64,000 nt of DNA from the human T2T-CHM13v2.0 reference genome, Homo sapiens (GCF_009914755.1 NC_060926.1), one strand, 5' to 3'; shown: positions 35,259 to 50,170, counted from the stretch's first letter. Notes: generated by a model from the sequence alone, not told the origin. Made by a program: numbers and translations.

Positions 35259-35719
35259 GTATGGGGTTGTCTGTCAGGAAAGTATAACTTAAATGTTTAT
35301 AAAGTTTCACATACTTCTCTTTATATTCTATAGGTAATGTAGATTTGTTGACACTGCTTTGATTTAAAATAAATGGAAATGTATAGAAATTTTACTTTTT
35401 ATATTAATGGAAAACCTGAAAAGTGAAAGAAGAAAAACATAATTATTATAGTAGACAAACATAATTACTAACGTTGTTTTCTAAATTTTAGAAAATCTCA
35501 GTACCACGGAGTGCTATGAAGTCTATCAGAAAAATAAACAGTATCTTTTTATGTAGTATTTCATTAAGCTTTTACATAATTAAAATGCCACAATAGGTAT
35601 TACAGTTCTGTATAATGAGCATTTCACCAAATTCCCCTAGTTCTGTGCCCCTCAATCTGGCATATATGCAACTATGACAGGAAGCACTAAAAGCCTTAGA
35701 TAAGCATGGTGTATCTTTT

Positions 35720-36987
35720 TTTTTTCCCCACGTATATTTTTTGTTGCTTTTTGTTTTTTTTCTGTAAAATGTCCCGGTTCTTCCATAACTTATAAACATG
35801 ATTTATACCGAGGAGATGGGGAAGTGGACGGGGCAAGGTGGACTGACCAGGGATGGGGAAGTGATTCAGGAAGGCCCCAAGGGCCAGTGTCAGGGGCAGG
35901 GGCGGGAGCTTCTTCTCCAACGTGGCACACACGATCCAGTTGCTATCCACAGAGCCTTTGGCCTTGGGCAGGTCCAGCTGGTACCCGAAGGAGACGCTGG
36001 TGTCCTGCATCCTTGTGCTGGCCTCAAACTCCACACCCACCTGCAGCTGGTCACTGGCTTTGTGGTAGTATGTTGCGTGCATGCCCGCCTGGCCCAACGT
36101 TACCGTTGCCAACCAGTTGTTCAATGTGTATTTCCCAGCTAGAGACATGACAGTGCCCTCCTCCCCAGGCTGCTGGTGGTAGACCAGCTCTCTGCCCAGG
36201 GCCAGGCAAGGCGTGATGCTCTGGAGGTAGTGGGCTACGAGGATTCCTGAACCCACGAGGACGTCTGGGTTTCCCCAGGGTGACGGCTGCTGTGAGTCAG
36301 AGCCCCGATACTCCCCGTCCACCTGCCAGTTCACAAACTTCGACTGCTGGGTCTGGATGGCCATCTTGGACCTGAGGCGGGGGCCCAGCTGGTGAATGAC
36401 CTGAGCGTTGAGACTGCCGCTGTTGTCCATGTCACCCACCAATACAAGGAACGCCTCTGTGGCACTCAGCTGCTTTGTCCCCACATACGTGACCCCGAAG
36501 TGGTAGTTGGACTCCCTGATTGTGCTGAGGCTACTGTGTGGTTCACCTGGAAATGGTTACTCAACCCTTTGTTGACTATGAGCTTGACACCCTCCATCTG
36601 AATGGGAAACAGCTCCTTGCACTTCCGGTGGCACTCCCCGAATGTGCCCGGGTTGGGCAGGCAGCCGCAGGCCCCATCCTCGGCGGCCCCTGAGGCGCTG
36701 GCAGTTGCAGCCCCGGGGGTCAGTTCCGAACCTCGACTCGTACTGGTGCCGGCGCCCAGGCCGCCTCCCAGCGGCGGCAGCGTGAAGCCCGGCGGCGAGG
36801 GCGGAGGTGGCGGCAGCTCCACGAGGGCCGGCGCAGGCCGCGGTGGCGGCCCTGCGGGCGGCGACCTGGCGGCCAACACGTTCCCCATGGTCTCTGGCAG
36901 AGGCGCCTGCTCCCGGCCTGGGCTCCGCTCCCACCCCGTGCGTCACGCGCAACCGAACCCGCTGCCGCCGCCGCCACCACCGTCGCC
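35720..36987 (-). pseudogene. TOMM40P: Processed TOMM40 pseudogene
   Basis: Intronless [16 protein letters not shown]...[12 protein letters not shown]...[20 protein letters not shown] with frameshifts; polyA (T-run 35716-35725); 17-bp TSD agcatggtgtatctttt at 35703-35719 and 36988-37004. Confidence 0.97.
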
Positions 36988-39900
36988 AGCATGGTGTATC
37001 TTTTGGACATGTCCATTTTGGAAGAAACTTTTGTGTTAAAATAAACTAATATATTATGGGCTAGAACATAAAATTCACCAAGAATTTCAAGATAAAAATA
37101 CTAATGTTTTGCTTGTTTGGGTTATTTCAAACAATAGCTTTGAAATCTATAATTGTTTCACCACCAACCCTTTCTTTACCTCCTTGCATGCTCATTCTCC
37201 TGTGTGGCTAGATGCATTTCAGAAAAGTGTTTTGAATATTATTCCAGAGCAAGGATCATTCCAGAAAATAAGTTTAAAGTTTGAAATGTTTATTTTTTGT
37301 AAGCCATGAATCTTCAGCTTAAGTATCTTCTGACATAAAAGCATTTTCATAATTATAAAAGTTCTGATATTACTCTCCACAGTATTATATCTGATCCTGC
37401 AAAGTAGTTCAGATACCAGAGAATACTCTTAAACATTTTGACTTATGCATTTAATTATTTTTAAAATTTATGGAACAAGACATTAAATGAGAAAGAATGG
37501 AATGAAAAATGGGTTAAAAGAATGCAAAATTGCAAAAAGAATGCTTTGAATTTAAATATTTCCAAAAATTTGATTTTCTGAGAAAATATATTAAAAATCA
37601 TATCTAATTACCTTCAGGGTGGCATATATCTTTTTTTATAATGACTTAGCACCCCTGTATTGGGGACTGATGGCTAACTTGGTGAAAAATGAGATTCAGA
37701 CATCTATTTCTTAAAATATCTTTTTAATACAGATATATTAATAGTAGCATTTCTATAAATTCTAGAGTTACTTAATAGGAATTTATTAATATAGACTTAT
37801 GTGTACACGTTTTATAGAACATCATATGATCCTTCAATTCTTATATCTGAGTTTAAGCTCTTAATTTTTTTTTTTTTTTGTAAATTTCCTGCTACTCTAT
37901 GGAGTGCAGTTTAGAGAATGAGCCAAAATTACATGCATAGTCGTTTACTGGTACATAATTCATCAGCACTGAAATGTAAAAGTGACAGTGAGGGTGATTG
38001 TACCATAGAAGTTCATATTTTGACATTGCTATTATATAAAGCTTCTTAATTCTCCTATCTTTTTCTCAGTAATAATATTAATAACACAAAATTTTTCACT
38101 TTTTGTAATTTCTAGTATTTCCCTTCAAAAGAGCTTGATGATGGAAGGATATGAGAAAAGAGAATAAATGTCAGAAAAATGCCTCTGTCTTGCTTTTTAA
38201 CAGAGAAATTAAACTTTAAATATTATACTGAGGAAGAACTAGTAGCCACCAAAACTACTAACTGTTCACATCTGAATGTATTGTATGTTAAGTTCAATGG
38301 GGTACTTTTTATTTAATAATGTAGTAAAAGTGTCACTAGAAGGTGGCTAAATTAAACATTTATAGCAAATTGATAAGAAAAATTATATTGTTTGATAATA
38401 AAATGTTATTTATATTGTATGATAATAAAACTGCCTGAACTAGTTGCTTACACACTAAAATCTGAAACGTTAGTATAGGGTTTAACTCATCTGAAATAGT
38501 GTGTGTGTGCACGCACGTGTATGTGCGTGTGTATGTGTATTTTTTTTCATGGCAAGCACTTAGAATTCTTTGACTACTTTGAGATTATTTATTGGCCATC
38601 TACAGAGTATTTTCTATATCTTCAGCCATTATGTTTGGAGTAGATTACATTCCTTACTCTTGAAGAACTCTGATGGCTAGACATGCAAATACAGCTTGTT
38701 TTATAAATGATACTGTAGATTTAGGTACTCAAAACTATGGGGACACAAAAGAGAAACCAAGCTAGGTTGAAGTCCAGAAAAGCTTCACAGATGAGGAACA
38801 TATTAGTCTGCTATTAAAGAATAATTGAGATTTTGTTGGAAGGAAGAATGATTTGGATAGAAGCAACGTGATGTATAGGAAGAGGAACTGTAAAAGAACA
38901 AGTGGAATAGCCGGTATATTTAGATGTACTTTGGAATGTGGGGTTGGGTACTAGAGGAGGATAAAATCAAAAGGGTTTGTTGGAGCCATAGCATGTGGGA
39001 AGTCTTGTATAACCTGAATAAATTAAAATTTTATTCTGAATGCAGAAGATTTTTGACATGGAAGGTCCGTGTTGTATTTGAGAAAGGCCATTATCAGCAA
39101 TATGAAGGATCTGTTTGGGGAACAGATTAATTTTAAAGTCATAATGGGTAATTATTTTTTATGTAGAATTTGGATAAAGTCTAGGAAAATAAATAAATCC
39201 ATTCAGATGTTTCTTGAAGTCAGGTGAAATAATCAGCTACTTTCTCATTTATTCCTTAGAATGGCTACATTTTATTTGATTGCTATTTTCAAGGGAGTCC
39301 TATATTATTCCTTTTCTGCTTATGAATGGATCTGAATCCTTTTTGGTTATAAATATCAGTGGTTATGTTTCTGAGTAATGTCATGCTTTGCCTTTCTTGG
39401 TTTCAGTGTTGTTAGCATTATGAACATTATCTCTTAATGCTTGCATTTCTTCAATATTGATTCCATTAACTTTCTCTAGCTCTGTCATTTTTGGCTTTAA
39501 ATATTCAATCTCCTTTAACCAAATGGATTACTACTGAAAACCACTAGAATTAGTTGATCAACTTAACGATGTGTTGATCTGTAAGGATTGAAACCTCGGT
39601 AATTTTAGTATGCCAGTAATGCACAGTACAGCATACTTACCAATAAGAACATCAAACATTCATTGATTGCCATTGTATGTGCTAGGCATTGTAAGTGTTT
39701 ATATATATGAACTCATTTAATACTTGCAATACTCTGAAATAAGACTGCCTGTGTTCAAGTTCTGGCTTCACCACCTACTATTCACCTTGTACTTTTGGTG
39801 TCTTCAACTATAAAATGAGGATAGGAATAGTGCCTATCCCATAGGATTTAATGAGAGAATCATATTTAAAGCCCTTTTATAATGGCTGGGTCAGAAATGT

Positions 39901-40681
39901 GAGCACAGAAATATGTGAGCTATTACTATCTTTTAAGCTCTATTATAAAATATGATATATGGATAATATGAGAGCAAGTTTTAAATAAGCATCTGAACTT
40001 CCAAACATAAATGGGGTTGAACTTCAAAGTGGTCATTTTGGGAGATTATACATTAATTTCAGTGGTACCTTCATTTTTCAATGACTACACATTTTTCTAC
40101 CTCATGATTAAATTTACAGCTAAGGGGAATGCTCCTGTAGAAGAAAACAACTATATTTCATAGTTACATATTTTTAATTTTTTAAACTAAAAATGTACTG
40201 CTTTGCTCGATCAACTGCATTATTTATCAAACTTGGCTATGAACAAGTTTTTTTTTCCTTTTTCTTTTTAATTTGTATGCTATTTTCAAAGGTACACCGG
40301 AATTAGAGAGCAGGTTGTTATTTAAAATGTGAACTTTGTATAAATGTGTTCTGTATTTGCTGATTGCAAATGGTCCTTAAAAGTAGATAAATTCTACTTG
40401 GTGGTAGGCTTTTGTTGGCAATTAATTTGTTTTTATGTATTTCTGAGATTTTAGATTGAAATACTGAAAGCTTCCATAGTCTTTTATTTCCTAGTTTAAA
40501 TTTCTTATATTTACTTATAACCAAACCTTTTATATTTTTGTTTAGTTTTTGTTTGACACATATTAAACTCCTTCTACCATATAGGGAAATAACTTTTATT
40601 TTTATAGGAATGTTTAACAGTCATTAGGTGTTTAGTTCTTTTTATCAGAGGATATTATACTATTCTCAGTTGTCTTTACAG

Positions 40682-40808
40682 TTTTCATGCTAGCAAAGGA
40701 GTTGGTTACTCTGCTCATTTTGTTGGCAACTGTTTTATAGTCACATCATTGAAGTCCAAAGGAAAATGTTTTCAGCATTGTGTGAAATATGATTTTCAAC
40801 CACGTAAG
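40682..40808 (+). pseudogene. NBEAP: NBEA-derived exon (exon 6 equivalent), 127 bp
   Basis: tttacag|; [42 protein letters not shown]; donor reads GCAGGT. Confidence 0.9.
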
Positions 40809-43664
40809 GCAGGTAAAAGTAAATATTTTTGTAACTCACTTGTTACGACAGAATTCTTAACTATCCTTTTATGACCTCTGTAGTATTCTCTTTCACTGGC
40901 TTTCCTATGCTTTTAATGATTTTCTCTTATCCTAGTTTGCATTTTCTTTTTACTTTTATGTCTGATTTTTGTCTTCTATAAGATCAGTGCTTTGATCTCT
41001 TGTGGTGTATTTCTCTTACATTCTCTCATCTCAGTCTGATCTGTTCTATGGCATTCTTTCAATAGATACTTATTATTTACTGAGTATTGGACACCATTGT
41101 AGGCACTAGGGAGTTATAAATCTTTGCCTCTTTTTTAAAAAAGTTAAATGTTAAACCCCCAGATTAAGCAATGCACAGATACTTTTCTTGTGGGAGATTC
41201 ACCTAATCCTGGTAGTTCTGAATCTTGTTTCCTAAGATTGGAGGTTTTGTTAATTTCTGATGCTTTAGTAATGCTGGCTTCAAGGAATGGAATGTTGCTG
41301 TACTGTTAGTTTTGGCTCATGAAATGTGTCTTTACTTAATATCCCAAATAATAGCAAAAACAAGGTCAAAACACATTTTAAAAACTGCTGTAAAGAGAAA
41401 ATGCAGAGAAATGTGCAACTGTACAATTAGAATTATAAGAGATAATTCATTCATAATCAGGTGGCATTTTCTAGAGAGATTTTCCTGCCTGTGTACCGGA
41501 CTCCATCTTTGTGTCAGAGTAACAAGCCAACTGAAAGTCGAGATGAAAGAAAACAAGGACAGAGTGCGTAGGAGTTCCCGTCACACACGTTTAAGGCTTT
41601 TTTCCCCTTCCAGGTTCAGGGTTCTTTCTTGGGTATATGACAATGAGATTGTCAATGCTTTTTAGGGCACACTGCCTCCTCCTAACAGAAATATCACCTT
41701 ACCCTTTGTGATTAATGGTACAATCATAATAGATATGATGAATCCAAATGTGGTGAGGGGGAGGTCTTTATATCTTTTTCATATCTTTTTTGTTTTCTTG
41801 TTGCTTATGATCTGATGTGTGTCTTGTCATATACAGAAAAAAAATATTTTGGGTGGTATTTTCAAAAATTTGTTTAGATTTTGCATGATTCTAATGAAAA
41901 TATTTGTTTTATATTTAATGTCAGTAATTGTAGTTTCTATTAAAGAATATCAATTTAACAATAATTCATCAATATATACTTAGAAAATAGCTTAAAAAGC
42001 AGTGACCTGAATAAATATATTCATTCATTATAATGGTGTATTCTTTCTTTTTTAATGCAAATTGATTACTTTAATACCAATCACATTGCCTTTGCTCTGG
42101 AAATTCTGTTTTATTAAAACTAAGATGAGACCAAGATAGTTTGCTAAAATTGCCAAATTATTTTGAATTTCAGTGGAATTGATTAGAAGTACAGATTGTT
42201 GGTATTATAATTTTTCATGTTAGGATTGTGTGTTTTTAACAAATATTTAGGTAACTTTCTCATCAGACAGTTTTAGGAAACAGTGGTTTAAAGAATATAC
42301 ATGCAAACAATTAGGGTGAAGTTATAACCAAATGAAATTGTCATTAACCAATAAAAAGCGCTTTAACCCATTTGTTTTCACTTTTTCTATTTTGTGTTTT
42401 CTTCACTGTTTACTTGTGGAAAACACATTCTCCTTTGTAAAGCTCTCAATATGCAATGATTCTAAGGGGTCTAGTTAGCAGCAGGGCCAGAGAATGATGT
42501 GGATTTTAAAAAGTCTTCTGTGAAGATTCTCACAAACCTGGAAAAGTCATAAGTATTTGCTTTTATTGTGCTTCATTATTCAAAATAAATTTATTCTCTT
42601 ATTTCTTCCTTTCTTTAATTTCCCACAGATGCCCTAGCTAAGTTGTTGTTATCCTTCCTAATAAGAGATTTACTGGCCTTTCAAAAAGAAATCTTTACAT
42701 TAAAACTTTTGCTTTCCCAGCTGCACCACTTACCAGCTGTTAGAACTTGTGAAAATGGATATAAACCATTAGCATGTTATCTAATGGTAATATGTGCTCT
42801 AGACATATTAGCTACTATTGATATCATCTGTACTTTTTTATCTTCAATTTATTTCCATATCTTCAATTTGTAATATATATCTTGTGGATTCTTAATATGG
42901 AACTTTATTTTTTTCTTATTTCTGGTTGTGTCCTTCTTTTATAAATTTCTTTTTGAGTCTCAAACTAAATGCAGACTTCACTATATATACATAATATCAC
43001 TATGCACAGGTAGTTTCCAAGTTTATTTTTATTTTCTTTAGTCAATGTATATCAGGTCAAAAGTTAGGCTTTTTTTTAACCATTGAAAAACTCACTTGTG
43101 TCTGTTATCTGTAGAGTACAGTTTGATGTATCAAGGAAAGAGAAAACTTACTTTTCTTATAAATAAGTACTATGGTCTTAACTGAGATCAGTTCATTAAT
43201 TCATCAGTGCATTCATTTAATTTTATCATATATTATTGTTACAACCAAAAGAAAACCTTGATAAACTCCAAATCTGATTAATTTTTCTGTATTAATGATC
43301 TTAAGTTAATGGTACCCTTACCCATCTAAGTGAAAATTGGAATCCATCTTAGACTCCCCTGTTATATGTTAACACTTCCTATCATTTCTGTTAGTTAATT
43401 CCCATCCTCATTTTAAAATTACTAATGCCTTTTTCTTAGTTCAGCAGCTTATGGTGTCTTACCCAAACCTTTGCAGTGGTTTTTCAGTTTTATCTTTGTC
43501 CACACTTGCCTACCTATCTCACCTCCAAATTGCTGCCAGCTATTTTCCTTAACTATGAAGCTGATCGTTTAACTTTCCTGCTCAAAATTATTTAGTTATA
43601 CCACGTTATGCAAAAAAACAAAGGCCAGTTTCCTAAAGGTCTGTTTACAATCTGGTCTTTGCCT

Positions 43665-43695
<31 letters not shown>

Positions 43696-44957
43696 CCTGC
43701 TAAACCTACACACTGAAGAAAGTTTTGTCAAGCATCTGTGCTGTATCATATTAAGATTCCACCTGGAATGTTTTTTTACCCCTGTCTACTGAACAATTCC
43801 TTTTCATCCTTCAAGCATAGTCTTATGGTTCATTTTATTCTTTTAGTGAATACTTCTATGATAGTCTTTCTTCTCTATTTGTCTTTCTTTCCCTGTTACT
43901 TATAGTAATTACTTTTATTACTCTCAAATCTGTATTTTAGATATTCTCTATTGTTCTCATAACTGTTTCTCTAGTGAAACTTCCTTGAGTGTGTATATGT
44001 TGTCTGTCTTTATATATCCATGATCCAAGGTTGGGACAGGGTACTTGGCATAAAGTAGGCTCTTAGTACATTTTTTGAATGAATGAAATACTCTGAAAGG
44101 TAAATAATAATCAATTTTAGCATAAATGAACCTCATCATGAGGACATAGTAGATAAAATCATAATAGTAGTTTAGTTAATGGTGTGTTATTTATGGGTGC
44201 TGAATACATTGGGAACTTCGTAGTTTTCATGTATTATCTGTTTATAATATTCACAAGGAATCCACAAAGTAGGCATTATTATTCCCCTTTTTCAGGGAGA
44301 TGAAAATAGATTCGGAGATGCTAAGTAATTTGCCAAAAGCCATAGAGCTAGTAATTTGGGAACCCAATTCATGTCTTTAGGAAGTAAAATTTATCCTGCC
44401 CAGTACATTAAGTTATCTGAAGTAGTAAGAACTCAGTAAGTATTATTTGAATGAGTACTTTTTTTATCGTAAGTACACCAATAAGTATAATAATATATCT
44501 AGTATTTATCTTAAAATTGTCTTTGGGCAGGAAATCTTTGCCTATATATAGGTATTTATTTGTGTCTCTTCTCTTTAGAAATGTAAAGTTATTACACATT
44601 TTATTCCAGAATATAAAGATTGTGTCTTCTGTGTTATGTAGATAGCATTCTTGTTGGATAGTTTCAAACTCAGTGAAGGTAATATGTGCAAACTAATTCT
44701 TATACATGTAAAATTCTGTAAGATTTTCCTTAAATTTATTTGAAGCTCTTTTTTATGGTTTCTTCTTGATAATTTTGTAATATTTAGAAACAATGGTTAA
44801 ATGACTACTTTAAAGATTTTCTCTTCTAATTTTAATCAGGGCTAACATATATGTCAGTTTCAAATCAAGTGAAAGACTTAGTTTGCAATAAATTAATGAT
44901 TTCCTGGAATGAAAAACCTTAAAAAGGATGTGCATTTTAGACAGTTAAATGTCTTGA

Positions 44958-45363
<406 letters not shown>

Positions 45364-46418
45364 TAAATTGAAATGAAAAAAATTGAATTTTGCTCAAAGT
45401 ATTTTAGATACCTTGAAATGACTAATATTTTAGTGATTAAGGATTATTATAACTTTTTATTTCTCAAAATATATATGAAATAATTGAATAGTGCATTGAA
45501 GTGATCTGTAGAACAAAGTTTGTGTTTTATATTTTGGTAGGAGGGAGAAACCAGTTAATTTTCCCCCCTTAACTTCAGAAAGCATACTTGTTCAAATGTT
45601 TATAAATCATTTGTATTTTTCTATACTTTAGAAAAAAATATTTCTATATTCTCTATTTTAGGATATTAACTCTCAAGAGACTAAAGGTTGTTTCAGAAAT
45701 CAAACCATCCATATTAAAATAGATACTTAAAATGCTATTTGATAGCAGTAACTATAAAATGGGCACTTAATATGAACTCATTTATTGATTCTTAATAAAC
45801 ACACATTATTAAGTTATTAAATATATAATTATCACTGGATTTACTAAATCTTAATTGTGAGATTGAAACTACCTAAATCATATTATAAATGCTAAGATGT
45901 TGTTTCTTTGACAGATCTTTTCCTGACCATGTAATCCAAAGTAGAATCCTACTTTATTCTTTTTCAGTTTATACTGTTCTTTTTCTCTTCACTGTAATCA
46001 CCATGATTTATAATTCTACATTTGTTTAATTGTGTCATATATATTTCTTTTATAGCTCATAACTTCTAGGAGAACTGGTTAGCCTTGGGTATCTGCAGTG
46101 CGTGGCACAATGTAAATTTTAAATGAATGAACACAAATGAATTGTATTTCCACAATTTTGAATCTTGGTATAGTGGAAAGAATATTACTCTGGAGGTCAA
46201 GGGGCTGTAGTTCTTGTCTTCTCCATGAATATTCTTTATGTGCCACTTCTACCATCTGTGAAATGAGGGATGGGAGGGGGAACTTGAGGAAGTGGTATTA
46301 GATGATCATTAATAGTCCTGTCAGCATATTATTGTAGGGTTTTATGAATATTATAATTGCATTTTAGACCATAATAACCAAACATTACATATTGATATAT
46401 TTAATTTTTTTATTTAAG

Positions 46419-46538
46419 TGGTACATGATCAGCATTGTCCACATTTACAATCGATGGAGAAACAGTGAAATTCAGTGTTATGTTAATGGACAACTGGTAT
46501 CTTATGGTGATATGGCTTGGCATGTTAACACAAATGAC
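46419..46538 (+). pseudogene. NBEAP: NBEA-derived exon (exon 7 equivalent), 120 bp
   Basis: tttaag|[40 protein letters not shown]|gtaagt. Confidence 0.93.
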
Positions 46539-47736
46539 GTAAGTCTTTATTTTTCTGTCTGTGTTTTAATTTGTTTGAGAGTATGATCTATCATTACAAA
46601 ATGAATTGAATAATAAAATAGTTTGGTAGAAACTTAAAACTTTGGAAGTTTATTCTTTTTATTAAACAAATCTTTCACTGTTAAATTTAATATAAGAAAA
46701 TTGCTAAAAGACATGATTAGTGATGCAAAAACAGGAACATTTGGCCAAAGTTTTAAGTTTTTTAGATAAAAAACCGTGAATCCTGTATTCTATTTATTCC
46801 AGCATCAAGCACTAAAAAATGTGGTTTACCCCTTATTTAGATATAGAAAGAAGACCCTAAACAGAAGTGTAACATATAGTCACTATTATTAATTACATAG
46901 TGATAAATGCTATGGAGAAAATAAATTGGGGATACAGAAAGTGTAGTTGTAGGGAAGGGAGGAGCCGGATGGTCCAGAGATGATTTTAGTAGGAAGAGTT
47001 GAACAAGCAAGGTATGTGGGGAACTTCTTCTATCCAGTGGGAACAGTGAGTGTAAAGGCTTTGAGGCAGAATAGGAAAGTTCAAGGAAAAGGCAATTTGT
47101 CTGGAGCAGAGGTAGGTAGAAGCAGAATAATATTAAGAGATAAGGTTAGGCAGAAATCATTTTGGCCTTCATAAGCAAACATAAGGCCTGGGCTTTTGCA
47201 TCTTACTCAGCTTAAAAATCCTTGGAAGGTTTTCAGCAGACAAGTGATGTGTGCTTATATTTTAAAAGCATCAGTCTGCCTGCAGTATTGACAATATTTT
47301 GAAGGGAAATTACAGAAGCAGGAAAATCACTTAAATGGCTTATTGCAATAAAACAAAGAGATTATATTAGTTTCTACCAGTATGTTAGCAGTGGAAGAAG
47401 TGACACAGTTGGATTCTAGATAGTGAAAAACTCGAATTAAAACCTCAAGTGTCCTTACGGTTTCTCTACTTTGGGCTTTCCATTGTCTACATTCTGGCCT
47501 GTCAGAGCCAAAGTAAAAGGTTTGTTTTAATGCTGAAAGTACCTGCAAGCTCAATAATATACAACCCTTCACGCTTACCTGGTTTTATAAGAACTTACCT
47601 CTTAAATACAATTCATTTTTCAGTTTTGTTTGCATGTCTATAGGCTTTAATCTCCCAAAGGGCAGGGATTTGCTTATCCTGTCTTGTATTCTTTTAACTA
47701 GCACTGTGTGTATGGTCCATAGGTTGTCCCCTAGAT

Positions 47737-47971
47737 CGGGGCTTGGCAGACTACACCCTATGAACCAAATCTGACCCTCCCCCTGTTTCTGGTTTCGTGT
47801 AAGCTGGGGGCAAAGACTCTTGGCTTTTAATTTTTAAAGGTTTTTTGTTTGTTTGTTTTTTTCTTGAGACACAAACAAAATCAAAGAAGAATGGGACAGC
47901 AACCAGGTGTGGCAAGCAAAGTTTAAAATACTTTCTGTCTGTCCCTTTGTAGAAAAAGTTGCTTTTCCCTG
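47737..47971. mobile_element. MER58A-like hAT MITE
   Basis: ggggcttggcagactac...aaaatactttctgtctgtccctttgtagaaaaagttgc...ccctg. Confidence 0.7.
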
Positions 47972-49125
47972 CCATAGAAACTCATGGTTGTGCCACAACC
48001 AATTGATATTTAATGGAATGTTGTTTTCAGAATTAGAATACACAGATGAAATTCTGCTTTTTATCTTCTCTCCAGAGGAGATCTTCTCTCCAGAGTCTTT
48101 TTATTATAGAGTGGAAGAAATCCCAGTGGTCTTCTTGACTCATTCAATGATAAGACAGTATCTTGGAAAGAAAAGACTTAGTTTTTTGGTTATTTATAAT
48201 AGTGCCCTAAGAAGTGGAGAATTCTAGATAATAACACATATATACATACTTTATGCAGTTAAAGTTTAAGTTCCTATACTTCTAATTAAAGATTGGGTAT
48301 TTAATGATGACAGTTCTTTTTGCCTTTGTACGCATTCACAATTTTTTTTGTTACTTTATTGAAGTACCAAAAGTACTTCTTACATATATAATTCTTGCTT
48401 ATTCATTCTAAGGTGTGAAATAGCCTTTGGGGATAGGGGAAGGGAACTGAGCCATGACTGCTTTCCCTGGTTTGGGTGAGTGGGGTGTAAGAAGTAGAGG
48501 CTGGAAAGATCTTGTTAAGCTTTTGGCTTCTTCAGTGCTGAATTCCTCAATGTGGAGGGCACTGTACCATCTGCTTTAAGCAGCAGATTTTAGTCTTATT
48601 GTTTATTTGATTCTGTGTAGTTCCTACTCATATATGAGAGGGGATTTATTTTCTTTGTGTCTTTTACTAAATACGGAGGAATAGAGGAATAGATTCATAA
48701 TTTCAAAAATAAAGGAGAATAAAAAAATTAGACCCTATGTGTTCACTACATTTTGGAATAGTCATTCCCTTGATTCAGATCAATCTCTCTATATATGGAT
48801 AATTATACATCATTACAGTTTTAAATTATTTTAATGTTTGTAAATAATTATAAGCTATTTTGTCTTTAACTATAATATTTGAAAAGTGGTAAGTCAGAAG
48901 ATTGAGTAGATGGCTACTGTTTGCTTAAACATAAGTGTAAAAAATGTAATTGATCATTTTTCCCAAAAAAACTTGGCTGGCATTTATTATTTAAATAATA
49001 AAGTCTTCATTGATGCTCTCCTCTATTATTATTGTTATATTTTAAAATATTCATAAAGGTTGATTTAAGGATTTAAACCTTTTCATCATTAAAAATGATG
49101 CTTTTTTAATGACTTTTATAAATAG

Positions 49126-49272
49126 AGCTATGACAAGTGCTTTCTTGGATCATCAGAAACTGCTGATGCAAATAGGGTATTCTATGGTCAACTTGGTGCC
49201 GTGTATGTGTTCAGTGAAGCACTCAACCCAGCACAGATATTTGCAATTCATCAGTTAGGACCTAGATATAAG
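49126..49272 (+). pseudogene. NBEAP: NBEA-derived exon (exon 8 equivalent), 147 bp
   Basis: aatag|SYDKCFLGSSETADANRVFYGQLGAVYVFSEALNPAQIFAIHQLGPRYK|gtagta. Confidence 0.93.
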
Positions 49273-50170
49273 GTAGTAATAACTGTAATTTTATAAATTC
49301 TATGGAGCATTTCAGATGTAAAATGTGATGTAATATAATTTTTAGTGAAAATCTTTCTTTAATACAGTTTAAGAGTCATTTCTATTTTTTGGATTGTAGT
49401 CAGTTTTTATTATGTGTTTCTTTTTGGTTCAAAGATGCTTTTTTCTCAACTGTTTTCTCTTTATAAACTTTTTTATTCTTCAGAATATTTTCTAATATTG
49501 ATAGCATGCCTTTTGTTAACAGTTCTGAAATAATAAATCTTATAAAACTATTTTGCTTAATGTAGTATTTATAATACAAAAATTTGAAATATATATATTA
49601 CATAGTAAACATAATAAAGAACTTGTTAATATTACTGGTAACTTGGAAAGAAGAGTTAAAGATTTAGAAGGAATCTAAGATAATATACTTCATGGGCCTA
49701 AAATTATTTAATTTTAGTTTATATTTTTGCTTTAATTGCAGTGAGGAAGTAGGTACAGTAGTGAGTAAACTAATTTAGCAAAACTAATTATTTAATGTAA
49801 TTTATAATATTCTTTCTGTTTTTTAAACTTTAAGAACAAAGACTCTAGGTAAGATATAGCATGCACATATATGAGTTAGTTTTAAATGTGCAGTACACCT
49901 GGATAGGGGAATATATAAAGGTTCTGTCTAAATCACATTGGGAATTGTGAAGTCTCAAACTACTTGGAGCTGAAAGAGAATTACACATTATAGTCAAAGT
50001 GTTTATAATTCTGAAGGAGTACTTGTCTTGTATGGAAGTGTGGTTTATTTATTGAACTCAATTTAAATAATTAATGTGAAGATTGTGTTATGGAAAGGAA
50101 AAATATTTTTAAAAATTCCCTCTTTGGCCTTTGTATTTTTGCATTGGTATTTCTCTTTTTGTTTTTATGT

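Noticed and set aside
36557-37049. Several overlapping GC-rich ORFs
   Set aside because: Alternative frames and antisense of the TOMM40 pseudogene 5' end; stop-poor because of GC content.
41312-41665. 117-aa ORF with a few CpGs in an NBEA intron
   Set aside because: Non-ATG start, no recognisable homology and no supporting exon structure.
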